DNA of 64,000 bases from Eledone cirrhosa (GCA_964016885.1 OZ024741.1:298592001-298656000); one strand, 5' to 3'; positions 41,475-56,925 are shown, numbered from the stretch's first letter. Program-made: numbers and translations. Notes: generated from the sequence alone by a model not told the origin.

Positions 41475-42961
41475 ATGAATTCAACCAAAATGAACTCTTC
41501 CACACCGAACACCACTGACGCCACCACCACCACAACTGAAACTAAAATTAACAATAGCAAAAATAACGATAACAACAACAGCAACAATGAAATTAAGAAA
41601 ACTACCCTGAGTTTTGCCAGAGTAGCAAAAACGTGCGAAGCGATCCAGGTAACTCAGGAGGAATTAGAAGAAGCCAAAGGAATGGTAAAGAAAGATGGGT
41701 ACAGGGTCAGCCCCCACCCACCTAATAAAATGGAGCAACGTCGCCTATGCACCGTGACTTATCGGACAATTAGCATAAAATCGCGCCGAATGGAACGGGC
41801 ATCCGAGTCCCAAATCCAAAAAGCTTTGGGACATGTGTGGGCAAAAAAAACCCACATCATACGTGGGCAGAAGTATGGAACCGTGGACGTGTTCTTTGAA
41901 ACACCACAGGAGGCCAGAGAACACTCCATGTCCCCATTAAGAAGTGACGACTTCACACCCATCCCAAGCTATTGTGGCCAGAGACTTGTGAAGATCAGGG
42001 TGACCCACGTTCCACCGGCCATCGAAATTCCCTGGCTAATGGTTGCCGTCCTCGCCGGCATCGAGGCCAACACCAAAATAATAGAAATAGCAAAAGAAAA
42101 GCAGGAGAACTGGTCCGGATCTGGGATGGAGCTCCTGATCCAAGCGGAGCATAAAAGCATTGAGGAGATCCCAGAGGTAATAGACCTCACTGACGGCAGC
42201 CACCTCACCGTAATCGTCGAGGGCAGAAGACCTAGGTGTGTCGTTTGTGGTGAAGGAACCCACCTAAGGGCTTTCTGCCCTCAGGCTAAAAGGTTGAGGC
42301 CACCTCTCTTACCCACCCCAGTGACTCAACCATCAACACCACCAGCAGCAGAAATGGCAGCAACAACTGTAGCAGCAACAACAGAAGCAACTGTAACAGC
42401 AACAACCCCAGCAACAGTAGCAAAACCAACACCACCAACACCCAACGCCCCAGAACTAGCACCAGCGCCTACACCACCCACCAATCCAAAACCAAAACCA
42501 ACGCCCGTGGAGGATTTTCCACTCCCCGGCTTATCGTAACTGGAGACAGATTGTGACGACGAGGAGTGGGAAACGGTATCAGGAAAAAAAGAAAAAAAGA
42601 AACCAAAAAAGAAAAAAATTCTCTTCCTTCCCCCTCCAAAAACAAAATACAGAGGGAAACAAATAAATTATCAAACAAGAAAGTTAAGACAGATATGCCA
42701 CCATCCACACCAGCATCACCAACCCCATCACCACAAACACCAACACGATCACCATCATTAACCCCAACACCACCATCACCAACACCACAAAAGTCACCAA
42801 AAAGCGTAACAGAAACAAACCCACAACAAACGCAAACAAAACAAAACAACCAAAACGATACACAAATCACAGCATTAATTTTGAACAACAACCAATTATT
42901 ACACTACATGCAACACAACACCAGCATCACAGAAAAAGACTACACAACAACCCAAAGTTAA
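41475..42961 (+). pseudogene. Tx1 ORF1 (gag-like, zinc knuckle, Pro/Thr-rich tail), nonsense codon at 42537 and frameshift
   Basis: SFARVAK motif; CVVCGEGTHLRAFC (CX2CX4HX4C); after TAA the frame continues LETDCDDEEWETVSGKK. Confidence 0.8.
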
Positions 42962-43189
42962 CACCACCTCCACACATACAAATCATTCGCATCACACAGA
43001 AAACGTACACGACACTAAAACAAAAATTCCCCAAAGACATCGGAGACTTCCGACAAACACTCTCCAGGAGGATTTATAAGGACATCCTTCCGGAGGAGGC
43101 CACATGCAGTGAAAAGGATGGACAAACCATCCTTCCTCTACGAGAAGTAAGGTAAGTGGTCTTTCCCATCTTTTCCACTCCATTTCAAC

Positions 43190-45837
43190 ATGACCTCACT
43201 CAGAATAGGCAGCATAAATCCGCGTGGCTTGGGGTCGTCATGGAAGCAGGGCCACCTGCTCAACGACCTCAGGTCACACGGGAAAGCTTTCAGGATACTG
43301 GCCGTCTATGCCCCGACAGGAGCAGGGCGGCCTGATTTCTTCCGGCGTCTGGAGACCTTTCTTGGAACGTCCCACTCTTTAGTGTCAGTGGGAGACTGGA
43401 ACGGGATCTTAGATGCACGCTGGGACTGTGTGGGATTAGCGGATAGGGGAGGCGGGTGCAAGAGCCTTATCAACCCGCTCAGGCGTTTTGAACTGTCTGA
43501 CAGGTACCGATTGGATTTCCCGAATGTGCCAATGTGGACTTGGACAAATCGCATAGGGTCATCCAGATCATATCTAGATAGAGTATTTTGTAGAGAAATA
43601 GATAGGTCTAGCATAGGCTGTCCACAATTCAAGATAGTCAGCTACATGGACCACAAATTCGTGATCTGTGTGCTTGACTTAGATAGGCTTCATAGACGAG
43701 GACCCGGCTACTGGAAGCTAAACGCGTCCTTACCAGCGCGCAAGGCCTACAGATACCGGATTAGCGAACTAGTTAAGCGGGCGTTGACGGGGGCCATCGT
43801 CAACAACAAGTGGTGTTTTGCTCTGAAAAGAGCAATTAGAATAGAGTCCATTAGGTTTAGTAAGGTTTTAGCAATAGAGAAAAATAGTTAGTTAGAAAAT
43901 TAGACGAGGCGCTTAGCAAAGGTATCGCGACCGACGTACTTGCGGCAAAATTGGCCCTTGACCAATTCTTCAATGCAAAGCACGAAGGCTGCATTGTCAG
44001 AGCTAGGGTGCGTGGTCTCAGACACGAGGGAACGAAAGCCGTTCAATGGGCCCGAGTGGCGGAGGCGCGTCGTGGCAACAAAGCCACGATCCGATCTTTG
44101 GTGGACCACAACGGGCGCATGCTACTCGATCCCGGGAAAATGTGTGAAGCTTTTCAGCGACACTTCGCTCAGTTGTTCGGGGGCAGCGGCGGGCCGGATC
44201 GAGGGATGGACTTTAGTGTCTACCTCGACGGACTGCCGCGGCTCTCGGCCACTGAGGCGGAGTGTTGCGAAAAGCCGATAACAGCCGCTGAAGTACGGGA
44301 GGCAATGACTAGCTGCACAAGGGGTAAATCGACTGGTTTGGATGGTCTGCCCCATGAACCTTACGTACAGATGCCAGACTTGTTCGGAGGCCTCTTGGCG
44401 GACGTCTACTGCAACTGGCAACAGAACGGGAGAATTCTGTGAGCCGAGGAGCTGTGGCGCTGCTGAGAAAGGATCCGAACAATGGGGATAACATAGATAA
44501 TTTTAGGCATATAACTCTGCTAAACACAGAGTTCAAGATTTTGGCCAAGGTGCTAGCAAAGAGGTTGGTGCTTGTCGTTGGTGGTCTGGTGGGAGAGGCG
44601 CAGACATGCGCCATTCTCGACAGATCCATCCACGACAACCGCCACCTCATGCGATACATCGTAGAGAGGGTAGCTAGGGAACCTGGCACGGGTGGGTCCT
44701 TGATCAATTTAGATCAGTCGAAAGCTTTCGATAGGGTCGACCATCGTTACCTAGCGGCAGTCCTGAGGGCGGCTGGCTTTGGGCCCGTCTTCAGAGGCTG
44801 GATCGCTGCCATGCACAGCGACATCTGCTCTGTGGTGAGAGTGAACGGTCACCTTTCTGAACCATTCAACATCATGCGCTCGGTCCGCCAAGGATGTCCC
44901 CTCTCGTCCCTCTTGTACGTATTAACTCTCGAGGCATTACTGCATAAACTGGAGACGTTGAGAGGGGTCCCGCGCGAACTAGGATGTGGAGGGCTGGGAA
45001 TGCCGTGGCTGATGATGCGCAGACACGCGCTCAGGCTACGACATCTCCACCTCTTCCTCGACGGTGATCAGGTGTGGTCTCCGCTTGACGGAGCTGCAGT
45101 CCTGGGTCAAGCGAAGACCGAGAGGGAGCGCTTGGAGACTGGAATATCTTCAGGCGCTCACAGTCCTCGACCAATCGGGCAATGTGATCGGTGGAAACTC
45201 CACCTCAGCGTTCTATAGAGGATTAGTGGAGGGGAAGAGCAACGACGTACTTGGGGAAACTCTAGGCGTCGGCGAAAATCAACTAGCCAATCTCTTCGGA
45301 AGAACTTTCGGGCCGGGGTCTATGGACAACTTCCAGAAATCCATGGCCTGGCAGTGCTACCGAGGAGCTTTGCCAGTTCGGGATAAACTCTACAGGCATG
45401 GAGGTGCCGTCAGCCGGGCATGTCCGAGATGCGCGCAGGGCGACGAAACCGTCCTGCACGCACTCGTCCAGTGTCCGAGCATTGCTGACTTGTGGGTTTA
45501 TGTCGAACACCTGCTGTCGCGTGTGGGACGGATCCAGCTATCAGCTGAGTCCATCGTGAGGATTGCTCCGCCCTCTTCCTTTAGCCGGGAAGGGCAGGCA
45601 GTTTTTATCTGTCTGGTGGCCATGGCGAAAGAGATAGTATGGTGGACACGTTTGAAAGGGCTGAAGACGAGCACTTACCTCTTCGGTGATGCCCTGATTA
45701 ACTTTTTCAAATTTCATTTGAAAAGGAAAATCAGGGTAGAAAGGGAAGTGCTCTCTTCCCAGCATTTTGTTGAAAGATGGGTGAGAGAGGCAAGAATGGC
45801 CAGAGTGAATGGCCCTACTCTGAGTATGTGTCTGTAA
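43190..45837 (+). pseudogene. Tx1 ORF2 (APE endonuclease, RT, C-terminal CCHC), disrupted
   Basis: SINPRGL, AVYAP, GDWN, SYLDR, MDH, GYWKLN; KSTGLDGLP, LDQSKAFDRVDH, SVRQGCPLS; CPRC...ETVLHALVQC; stops, frameshifts and deletions. Confidence 0.9.
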
Positions 45838-46087
45838 ATTAAAGGTGGAAAACTGGGAGAGGGCACTTGCCATGGTGGTCAGGGTCACTGTGGCTTTTTA
45901 ATGGGGCTTCTCCACGAATGTCCTTCGGAAGTCTCCCCCCTATTGGGGAATTTTTTCATTGTTCTATTATTACATCCTCTGTTTCTTGTTTTTTACACGC
46001 AGAAATGCCCATTTGTACCGCCCTGTATTGTCCTGTACTGTCCTTAATGTCTACTTTATGTAAACCCTTGTGGTTAATAAAGAACGA

Positions 46088-46129
<42 letters not shown>

Positions 46130-46298
46130 AAACGTCAGACACCATGCTTTGCAGCATAAAGTTATGGCCCTTTGCGTTCTGAGTTCAAATCCCGCCGAGG
46201 TTGACTTTGCCTTTCATCCTTACGGGGTCGATAAAATAAAGTACTAGTGATACACTGGGTGATTGCTGGCCTTGTGCCTAACGTAAAAACAATTATTA
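46130..46298 (+). mobile_element. tRNA-derived SINE
   Basis: GAGTTCAAATCCCGCCGAGGTTGACTTTGCCTTTCATCCTTACGGGGTCGATAAAATAAAG. Confidence 0.85.
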
Positions 46299-46737
46299 TC
46301 TTTCAAGCGAATGGACGTACTATTGTGAGCTCTAGTAAGTCTGTTATTTCTACGTGTTAAAATCCTTCTGTTATTAATATTTTTGTTTCAAAGAGGCATA
46401 AGACTTTAGTCTTTGCTCTCAAGATAGGATGCCCCATAATATTTGGGTCTTTGGCACAAATATTTAACCTTTGTGTGTTTAAAATATTTTCTTTACCGAG
46501 AAAAAAACATGACGGAGCCACGCCATCCAACTTTGCGTTTGCTGTCGTGCGACAGCGACTCAAACGTTGAGGCTAATAACGCTGCCCCTCCCACAACAAT
46601 TTTGAAATGAAACACCACACCATGCACTATCTTCAACACTTGCACCAACAACAATAGCACCGACAACAGTGAGAACACTAATATAAACAAAAATGACAAT
46701 ACCAACAACAGCAACAACAGTACCAATAACAGTACCA

Positions 46738-46835
46738 ACGCAGAAATGCCTATTTGTACCGTCCTGTACTGTCCTCAAAGTTATACTTTATGTCAACCCT
46801 TGTGGTTAATAAAGAAAGCATTATTATTATCATTA
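46738..46835 (+). mobile_element. Tx1 3' terminal fragment
   Basis: Similar to 45997-46090, followed by (ATT)n. Confidence 0.75.
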
Positions 46836-47099
46836 TTATTATTGTTTTTATTATTGATGTTGTTGCTGCTGCTCTTGTTTGCTTCACATGTAGTATCACT
46901 GTTATAAGTTTCCAGTTTTTACTTTTTTACAAGACATTTGGTTAACATTAAAAAAAAGATTTAAATAAGGCCTTCTTATTTATTCTGCTGCAAATAGTGT
47001 GACCTTCAACTATCGGCACTTTGGGCAAAATTTGTACTTTTAAATACAAACACACCCGTATTTTTTGAATAAGTATATAGATGCAAATGAAATCCTCCC

Positions 47100-49800
47100 A
47101 CTACACCCAGAGGGCACACCAGTCAAAATTATTAGCTAAGTCAAAAGAACAAACACATTTCCCATTAATTCTGAATAACCACCACTAATTAAAAAATGTG
47201 TACTTGGCAGCAGCAGTACGAGCAGCAAGAAAATCAGTGATCTGAATTTAGTAGATAGCCAGAACAAGACACAAAAAAAAAAAAAATAGCACTAAAAACA
47301 AAAACAACTACAATCATGAAAACAAAAACCAAAACAGCACCAAAACCTTTATCGCCACTCCTAAGATCAACAACACAATCACAGCCACTAGCATATTAGC
47401 GTGTAACACTGTCACTGCCACCGCCGTCGCCACTGAGGCTAACGATCAACACGTTAACGCTATCATACCACAACCGCTAAAACCTTTACGGCAACAGACT
47501 CACCAAAGTAAACAGAGCGATGGACACGGTCCCAATAACCCAAGAAAATTTGACCAGGGATATGCAGTTCACAATAAGAATCCGCCGAATCGTATCATTA
47601 GATGTGTTGGAGCAAATTCTCCTGGACACAGAAAACAAAGAAACAACTCTCATATACAGGTGCGTAAGCATGAAATCCACGAATATAGAAAGGGCATGTA
47701 GAAACCAACTCGAAGCATGCCTTGGATTAATAGCGCAAAACAAAAGGCTGCAGTGTCTCTACACTGCAGTGAGAGAGTTCTAGAAGGCCATTAGACTCAC
47801 CTACCAAAAGTGAAGAACAACTAATGAACAATTGATAAATAAATAAATATAAATGGTGGCTGGTTATGTGTAACCAATCAGAGACAGAACAAAAACAGAG
47901 ATACGCCATGTTTAAAAGCTGAGGAAAGGGGATTGAGTAAGCAAAGGAATGGTGCTCAAGATCCAAAGTGGTAAAGAGAGTTTAGAAGCCATTACTGGTT
48001 TCATTACCAAACTTGCAATTATTCGTTATAATGGAGGGACGAGATGTCACCCACGTTTGAAGGCTTTCTGCCTACAAAGTCAGGCAGAAGGGTGCAAAAA
48101 GCACCACCACCGACCCATGAACAGCAGCAGCAGCGACAGGAAGACTAATACCGTTATCAACAGTACTAGTCGCTGCAATATCATCATCATCAGCAGCAGC
48201 AGCAACAACAGCAGCAGCTGAAAGCAACTATAACACAAATTACAGAAGCAATAACAACATCAACTACAGCAGTGACGGCAACACTATCTCTCACAACACC
48301 AGCAACAGAATCCTCCAACCACAACATAACACTCCAGAAGATGCCATTCATCAATTCCGATCCCTCGGACGTATGTAAAGAAAGAGAAGAAAATAATGAG
48401 TGGCAAACTGTTTCTGCCAAAAGGGAAAGAAAGACAAAAAAAAAAAATGAAAAAAAAAACAAAAACAAACAAATCTTACATATATAAAAAGTGGGCAAGA
48501 GAAAAATAAAACATACAAAGTAGAATTTATAGGATTTAGTAAAAGAGTAGCCATGAAGAAAACTAAATTAGAGGGAGGGATAGTTAGAAACAGGAAAGGA
48601 TTGTCGGAAAGGCATCGCAACAGACGTACTTGGAGAGAGATTGGCATTCGGCCAAATGTTTAACGCTAAGCAGGATGACTGCGTTGTCAGAATTAAGGCC
48701 TATGCTCTAGGACACAAAGGAAAGAAAGCCGTTCGATGGGCTTGTGAGATAGAGGCGTTGAGTGGCAACAGAGCCACAATTCGATCTTTAGCAGATGTCT
48801 ACTGCAATTGGCAGCAGAAGGAGGACATTCCCTGTTCTGTGAACTGATAACTCCTTAACTGTACTGAACGCAGTGTTTAACGTTTTGGTTAACGTCTTCT
48901 CAAACAAGTTTGCACTTGCTATCGACGCTCTGATTATGAAGGCGCAGATATGCGCCATCCCAAACATATGCACCTCAGACAACTTCTACCTCGTGTGTTA
49001 CATCCTATAGAGGGTCGGTAAAGAACCTGGCACGAGTAAGGTACCGATCAACTTAAACCGACTGAAAGCTTTCGATAGGATCGACCATCAATACTTGGCA
49101 GTTATCCTACTGGCAGCTGGACCCGGCCTCATGTTCATAGAATAGACCGCTGCAATGTACATCGACATCTCGCTGGTCAGAGTAAATGGATACCTATCCT
49201 AACTATATGTATCATATGCTAAGTCCATTAATGCTGTCATTTTTCATTTTTACTGAATACAGTGATTCTAGAGCCACTGCTACAGAATGCAGAATATCTG
49301 TGCCAACATATACAGACGATTTCATAGTAGTAATATCCAATACAAAGTACGTCAGCATGATCTACATCGCTCCAAGGGTGTACGATGCAACAACCGGAGT
49401 GAAACTTAACAAGAAAATGTCGTCGAGCCCACAGAGGGGCAATGGGATAGCATGTTCACACCGTATAACAGCGTCGGGTGGCGATGGACGGATGGGATGG
49501 TTAAATTGCTCGGTCTTGTTTGGCCAGATTTTCAGAGGGACAAGGACTAGGATGAGTTGATTAGAAGTTTCCCCAGTATCATCCAGAGAAGCTATTCCTC
49601 AATGATTAGGCCGAGGACGTGAATGCTTACATCGACTTCCCCATCCATTACCGTCTAACCGTCGTGCCTTGCCCTAGTTCACGTATGACCAGACAGAGAG
49701 CCTGCTTATTTGCGTTTTGAGAAAAGGGCTCATTCCACTGGTCAGGCGTTCCATTTACTAACAAGAACAAATTTGTTAAAAGGTAAACGAGGGTGGTGAG
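47100..49800 (+). mobile_element. Older, heavily decayed Tx1 element (ORF1 and ORF2 remnants)
   Basis: LKAFC and EWQTVSAK correspond to ORF1 motifs; 48530-49200 is homologous to 43850-44870 (AAAGCTTTCGATAGGATCGACCATC); YTDD near 49310. Confidence 0.7.
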
Positions 49801-50209
49801 CATGTCCTCGGATAGAGAAAGAAAGGGGAGGGAGGGGATGGAGTACAGAAATGGGGGATGAAGGGGGATAAAGAGATGTAAAAAGAGTGAAAGTGGCCGA
49901 AAGAAAGTGAAAGAGGCCGTTGTTACTTTCTGTTGTGTAGTTAACCCTATGTTTAATGTATTTTCTTCTGAGAGACTGCTCCTAAGTGACACAGATCAAA
50001 GCTTCTGTTTCTGGTTTCATATAAACCCTGTGCATCCATAATCACCTCTTCTCTACACCAGTTTCAGCTGCTGTGTCCCTCAGATATTGCTCAGGCATTT
50101 ACTTTCCTATCTTTGTATTTACATCTTCGGCGTTCTTTCTTTTTAACCTGACTTTGTCTTTGCAATTGTAAATATTAACCAAATCAGACTTTCGCACTTC
50201 CACTGTGAC

Positions 50210-50388
50210 ATCGGTGGATTGGCAGTATCGGTAGAGGGTCGGACGCCATGCTTTCCAGCATAGTTACGTCCCTTTACGATCTGAGTTCAAATCCCGCCGA
50301 GGTTGACTTTGCCTTTCATCCTTACGGGGTATCAGTAATGTACTGAGATATTTGCTGGCCTTGTGCCTAAAGTAGAAACAATTATTTA
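50210..50388 (+). mobile_element. tRNA-derived SINE
   Basis: A and B boxes and family tail. Confidence 0.85.
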
Positions 50389-50654
50389 TATACAAAGTTT
50401 CACTGGTTTTGTCTATTATATTTTAAATGTAGTTTGCTTGAAGCATTGTATATAATATATAACGCTGAAAGAGATAGAAGACTAAGCAATGCAAAATTAA
50501 CTATAAGATAAGGTAACAAAAAAGTAAGTTACCTGGTAATCTTTGCTTTGTTTTTTGTTGTTGCTGTTCTTTCTTCTGTCCAATATTTCGGTACCTTAAA
50601 GTCCCTTCTTCAGGGTTTAAGGAACTATTATATTTGTATTTCTAAGGGCTGTGG

Positions 50655-50810
50655 ATTGACACTTTACATTCTGAGTTTAGATTCCGCTGAGGTCAACTTT
50701 GTTTTCCTTTTAGATCGATAAAATAATGTACCAGTAATGTACTGAGGTTAATATAATCCCTTTACTCTTTCTAACAAATTGTTTGTCTTATGCCTGCTTT
50801 AGAAAACGAA
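50655..50810 (+). mobile_element. tRNA-derived SINE (diverged)
   Basis: TTCTGAGTTTAGATTCCGCTGAGGTCAACTTTG...GATCGATAAAATAATGTACCAGT. Confidence 0.65.
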
Positions 50811-51245
50811 CGTTATTAGTGATACCCTGTGTCAATGCTGTTGTTACTGACGACGATCATCTGACACCTTCATTTTTTCTTTTATTCTGTTACATATAGG
50901 CTACATACATAAATTACATTACATTACATACACAGACACACACACACATATATATATATGAAGAGAGAGAGAGAGCAAGGGTGATAGATAGATAGATGTG
51001 TGTATATATCATTTATGATTTGAGTCCAAGCAGGGCACCACCTATCTTGGCCTTTCGCACTAATATACCCCTTAATATAGAAATGTGTAGTGCTGTTCTG
51101 TAAATGTTCATCTTGTTCCTATTTTCGTCCAATATTTGCATTTCTTCACCTTATTAACTTATTAATATTAATGTATCTGAAAAGTTCGCCCTTCAGGTTA
51201 TTGCTGTTTCTTCATTGCTTGATATTGCTTATTATAATTTGTGTT

Positions 51246-51377
51246 TTCTTCTTCTTCTTCTTCTTCTTCTTCTTCTTCTTCTTCTTCTTCTTCTTCTTCT
51301 TCTTCTTCTTCTTCTTCTTCTTCTTCTTCTTCTTCTTCTTCTTCTTCTTCTTCTTCTTCTTCTTCTTCTTCTTCTTC
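51246..51377. repeat. (TTC)n microsatellite
   Basis: Direct reading. Confidence 0.95.
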
Positions 51378-51398
51378 ACACAAAATACATACACACAC

Positions 51399-51493
<95 letters not shown>

Positions 51494-51714
51494 ACGGTTC
51501 TTATATATTTGATATATATTTATCCTTATCGAGCCCTCTTTGGATTTTAGTCTTCAAATTTATTATTATTACTATATATATATATATATATGCACACGCA
51601 TACATACATACATGTGATGGATGCAAACTCTGCTAAGAGTATTACAATCGCTTGTCAGATTATAGAGTTTGGTGCACTTTTAGGCTACCCAAACCTGTCA
51701 CATACCCTGACAAG

Positions 51715-52883
51715 CAATGGTAATACTAAGTTTGGTACTCGTAACACTAAGGTACTGAGTACCTTGATCAGAGAATTTCTATATGCAGATGATTGTGATC
51801 TCTTCGCACACTTCCAGAGAGACATGCTACACCTTATAAATTCTTTTTCTAATGCGTGCAGTGCTGTGGGACTGACAAGCAGTCTGAAGAAGACTGTCGT
51901 CATGTACCAACCGGATAACGTTTTCAATGAACCCAACCGGATAAAGTTTTCAATGAACCCTCTATATATGTATACCGCCAAAACCTGAAGGTTGCTCACA
52001 GATTTGTGTATTTGGGGAGTACTCTGAGTGTGACCTGCTCTCTGGAAGCAGAAGTTGGTCTGCGTGTTAGTAAAGCAAGTGAGTCATTTGGAAGGCTCAG
52101 CGACTGTCTGTGGTGCAGGCGAGGAATCACAATGAAGACTAAGGTGAAAGTGTATACTGCATGTGTACTGTCAGCTTTGCTGTATGCGTGTGAAACATGG
52201 GTTGCCTACAAACGGCATATCAAAAGACTAGAACGATTTCACCAGCAGTGTCTGAGGGAGATGCTCGGTATCAAGTGGCAGGTTGAGTCGGAGTATTGAA
52301 AGTATCATCCACCAAAGTCGTTTGTGATGGACCGGACACTTCTGCAGAATGGAGGATGATCGAATCCCGAAACAGCTTTTGTATGGCGAGCTTTGTAAAG
52401 GTAAGAAACCACCTCACAAGCCAAGGCTGCAATTCAAAGATTGCGTAAAGGACTCATTGAAAAAAACTGGTTTGATGGTGGCTGACTCGGAGATAAAAGC
52501 TCTTGAAAGAGAAACTTGGTGTGGAATGGTGAATGATGGGTCCATAATTTTGAGAACAGACGCATAGAGCGCGAGAAGATTAAACGGGACGTACATAAGA
52601 AATGCCCAGGTGTATCTCATGAAACGATCGATGTCTCCATTGAATTGGTGTGCTCTGCCATGTTCAGAGACAACCAGTGATCTATGACCTCCATGGTATT
52701 GCAAGACTTAATGAATGTAGCAAAGAATGTCTATCTCTAGCAGGACTGAAGCGTCATGTGAAGGTTCACAGGCAACCTGATGCAAGACCAGGTGCCAAGG
52801 AGATCCATAGATGTCGTCAATGTGCTAAGAAGTACAAGTCTCTATCAGGCTTGAAAAGCCATATCCGGGCGTCTCAAATTTGA
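51715..52883 (+). mobile_element. RTE-clade LINE 3' fragment (RT C-terminal half and C2H2 zinc fingers)
   Basis: REFLYADDCDL, KKTVVMYQP, YLGSTLS, LLYACETW, RLERFHQQCLR, RIPKQLLYGEL, CSKECLSLAGLKRHVKVH, CRQCAKKYKSLSGLKSH. Confidence 0.85.
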
Positions 52884-53243
52884 TATAGTAGATGAAAGTC
52901 CGGCCCTGTGTACCAGCGTAGTAATGGAGTCGATATAATCGACTTTAATCTCTTTCCCAATGTGCCTAAATTAGAAATCCTTATTGTATAGTTCGACGAG
53001 ACGGATGTTCTGAAATTTAGAGGTTGGTGGGAGACACAACGAATAATTTGTAACGGTTTTAAGGTTAGATTCGTTCAAAACACATAAAATCATCGCAGGA
53101 AAAACGTAAATTCGTCTTCAAAATTCTAAAGAAATTTATCAAATACTTATATTTTAAAATTATTTAAATGATATTATTACTCCTGTCTCAAATACATGTG
53201 TAATATAATAAATATTTATCTGAAATTTTTGTGAGTGCAATGT

Positions 53244-53410
53244 GGTAAACGAAATCTGCGAAGGTGGCCACGTCTGGAGAGGTCAGAATGTTGTATTTCT
53301 TGATCTGAGGTGCTAGAAAAATTCCGTGAGGGTGACAACATTTGAAGAGGTCTGAATGCTATATTTGTTTTGGAGTGGTAGACGAAATCCGCAAGAGTGA
53401 CCACATTTGA
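53244..53410 (+). repeat. Degenerate about 66-bp tandem repeat, about 2.5 units
   Basis: GGTAAACGAAATCTGCGAAGGTGGCCACGTCTGGAGAGGTC / GCTAGAAAAATTCCGTGAGGGTGACAACATTTGAAGAGGTC / GGTAGACGAAATCCGCAAGAGTGACCACATTTGA. Confidence 0.55.
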
Positions 53411-54629
53411 CATTATATCTACCATTGCTGGATACTAGATCAGTTTGTCCTCTAAAATACATTTAAAAAATATTAAAATAAAATCGAGGTATAGTTACAG
53501 AGAGACAGACGAAGAGAATGAGATAAGTGTGTACAAGGTTCCAGTCCAGGACCTTCACACTTCTATCGGAGAAACTCCTCCCTGACTAGCTTCCATTGCT
53601 TTCAGTTTGGTTTTGGTTATGTTAAGGGGTGTAGCCGGACTCATCACACTTGGTCAATTGCGGGTTGGTGAGGCTATTTAACCCATAGTTTGGGTGGATG
53701 GCCATTAGTTTTGAAGAGTTCATCCACCATTTTAACAGCTCTTGATTTTTGTGCTCCTGGGGTTCCACTTATTCTCCTCATCAGACCAGGATCTGATGGA
53801 GGAGCTGGTTTAGTAGTAGAGCCCAGGTCCCGAGTGTGCAAAGTTAGGATGATGAAATTGCGGATTATAGGGTGACCATTTAAGTGAACAGGGAAATAAT
53901 GTATGAATGAACCTCGCTCGTATAGCCTTCAGAATCAAGGCTTTCCCCTCAACAAGGTAGCAACCTACTGACGGATTCAGGTCACATAAAATAATGTACG
54001 AGAGAAGGCCTCTCATCGCTAATTATTGTCTTTTTAGAAGCTTTAAGCTTGTCGTTAGAAGTGTAAACAAATTGATTGATTTATGAAGCCTTAGGAAATT
54101 TTAAAATATAGACCCCTCAATGCTGATAACTATTTCAGAATTCCAAAGGCTACATAAGTCAACGAATTTCGTTTTTAGTTGCAATATTTCCTTCAATACA
54201 ATATTATCGATGTATGGTATCGATTTATCGATTCTGATGTCACAATTTTAATGTTATTCGTCGACCAGGGCAGGTAAATCTATAAATCTGGGAATAGTGA
54301 TGTCGGTAGATATACTTCAATGTTGTCCATTATCTAACCCTGAACCTTTTTAGAGGTGATGGTAAATACATGTCTCTCTCTCTCTTTCTCACACCAGACA
54401 CACACACACACACACTTTCTCTCTCACACATACACAAACACATGCCCCCCTCTCTCTCTCTCTATATATATATATTAGTTAGGTGTGCAACGACAGTTAC
54501 AGGGACCACGCCTTTCGAAGCACTCAATGTTGTTTCGAGGTCCGTCTCGTTTTAGGTTGTATTCCAGTGTTAGGCGGCTGTAGTGTGCAACAGTGACTTT
54601 GATTCTACTTACTATATATATATATATAT

Positions 54630-55832
<1,203 letters not shown>

Positions 55833-56207
55833 ATATATATATATATATATATACATATAGAGATCGAGTATCTAACCAGTCATTTCAGACGTTATTTTCT
55901 CCCTTCTCTTCATCCTTCTCTACCTCTCTTCAGTAAACAGAAAGTCTGTGAGAATCTAAAATATCTTCAAAGTGGTGAGATTTGTGGAATTTATTGAAAA
56001 CCACGGTTTATTTGATTCGATTTTAATAAATACTGATTGATGAACAGTCTGGTAAGCGATGCAACAGTGCAATAGTGGAACAGTTCCAAACACTAAAAGC
56101 TATGTAGATCTTACACAAACAAACTTTCAACCAATTTAGCAATGCACTTTCTGCAACTTAAAAAGAATCCTAAATTCAAACAGAACCAAACCCTACTACA
56201 ATCGACA

Positions 56208-56642
56208 AATACAACAACAACAACAACAACAACAACAACAGCATAAGCAGTAATAGCAACAGCAGTAACAACAACAGCGACAACTATAACAGCAGTAGCA
56301 ATAGTAACACCAACAATAACAACTTCAATAACAACAACAGCAACTGCAACAGAATCAATAGCAACAACAACAGCAGCACTAGCATCACCAACAATATGAA
56401 CCACAATAACAACAGTAGAAACAGTAACAACAACAAAAGTAGCAATAATAATAGCAAAAGCAGCAATAACAGTAATAACAACCCCAACAACAACAATAAC
56501 AACCACAATAACAACAACAACAGCAACAACAATCAGCATTTTTACCATCGCTGCTACAATTTCCCCCTCCAGCAACAGCAACAACGACGACGGCGATGAC
56601 CACGCCACCACCACTACCATTACCATCGTCAACAACAACACC
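56208..56642. repeat. Degenerate (CAA/CAG/TAA)n trinucleotide region
   Basis: Direct reading. Confidence 0.9.
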
Positions 56643-56779
56643 AGCTGTTCTTTCTTTAGAAAATAAATGAGGTATACCATATTGTTCTCACACTTTTCTC
56701 ATTCATCCATCGACACACAAACACACATATAAACACACATACATATATATATATATATATACGAGTGCAATATATGCAT

Positions 56780-56925
56780 ATAGGCAGGCCTTGTGGTTCA
56801 GAATTTCTCTTCGCAATTGTGTGATTCCGGGTTCGATACCGTTTCATATCATGTAAACTAGCTTCGGCTCGACTCAAGCCTCATAATGGAAAATCGGTAG
56901 AAAGAAAATGTGTTGAAGCCCGTTG
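56780..56925 (+). mobile_element. Degenerate tRNA-derived SINE, second family
   Basis: TGTGGTTCAGAA A-box-like, GGGTTCGATACC B box, tail GGTAGAAAGAAAATGTGTTGAAGCCCGT. Confidence 0.5.

Larger units (their letters stand above)
40982..46088 (+). mobile_element. Near full-length Tx1/L1-clade LINE inserted in (ATT)n, internally deleted
   Basis: (ATT)n at 40928-40981 and 46088-46128; ORF1 and ORF2 below; AATAAA at the 3' end. Confidence 0.9.

Noticed and set aside
52650-52883. Host C2H2 zinc-finger gene
   Set aside because: Collinear with, and typical of, the RTE ORF C-terminus.
53244-53410. CRISPR-like repeat-spacer pattern (also 1318-1365)
   Set aside because: Eukaryotic context, degenerate tandem units without unique spacers, and no cas genes.
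56111-56680. Hydrophobic 189-aa ORF or Asn/Gln-rich protein
   Set aside because: Degenerate trinucleotide repeat, open in several frames on both strands.
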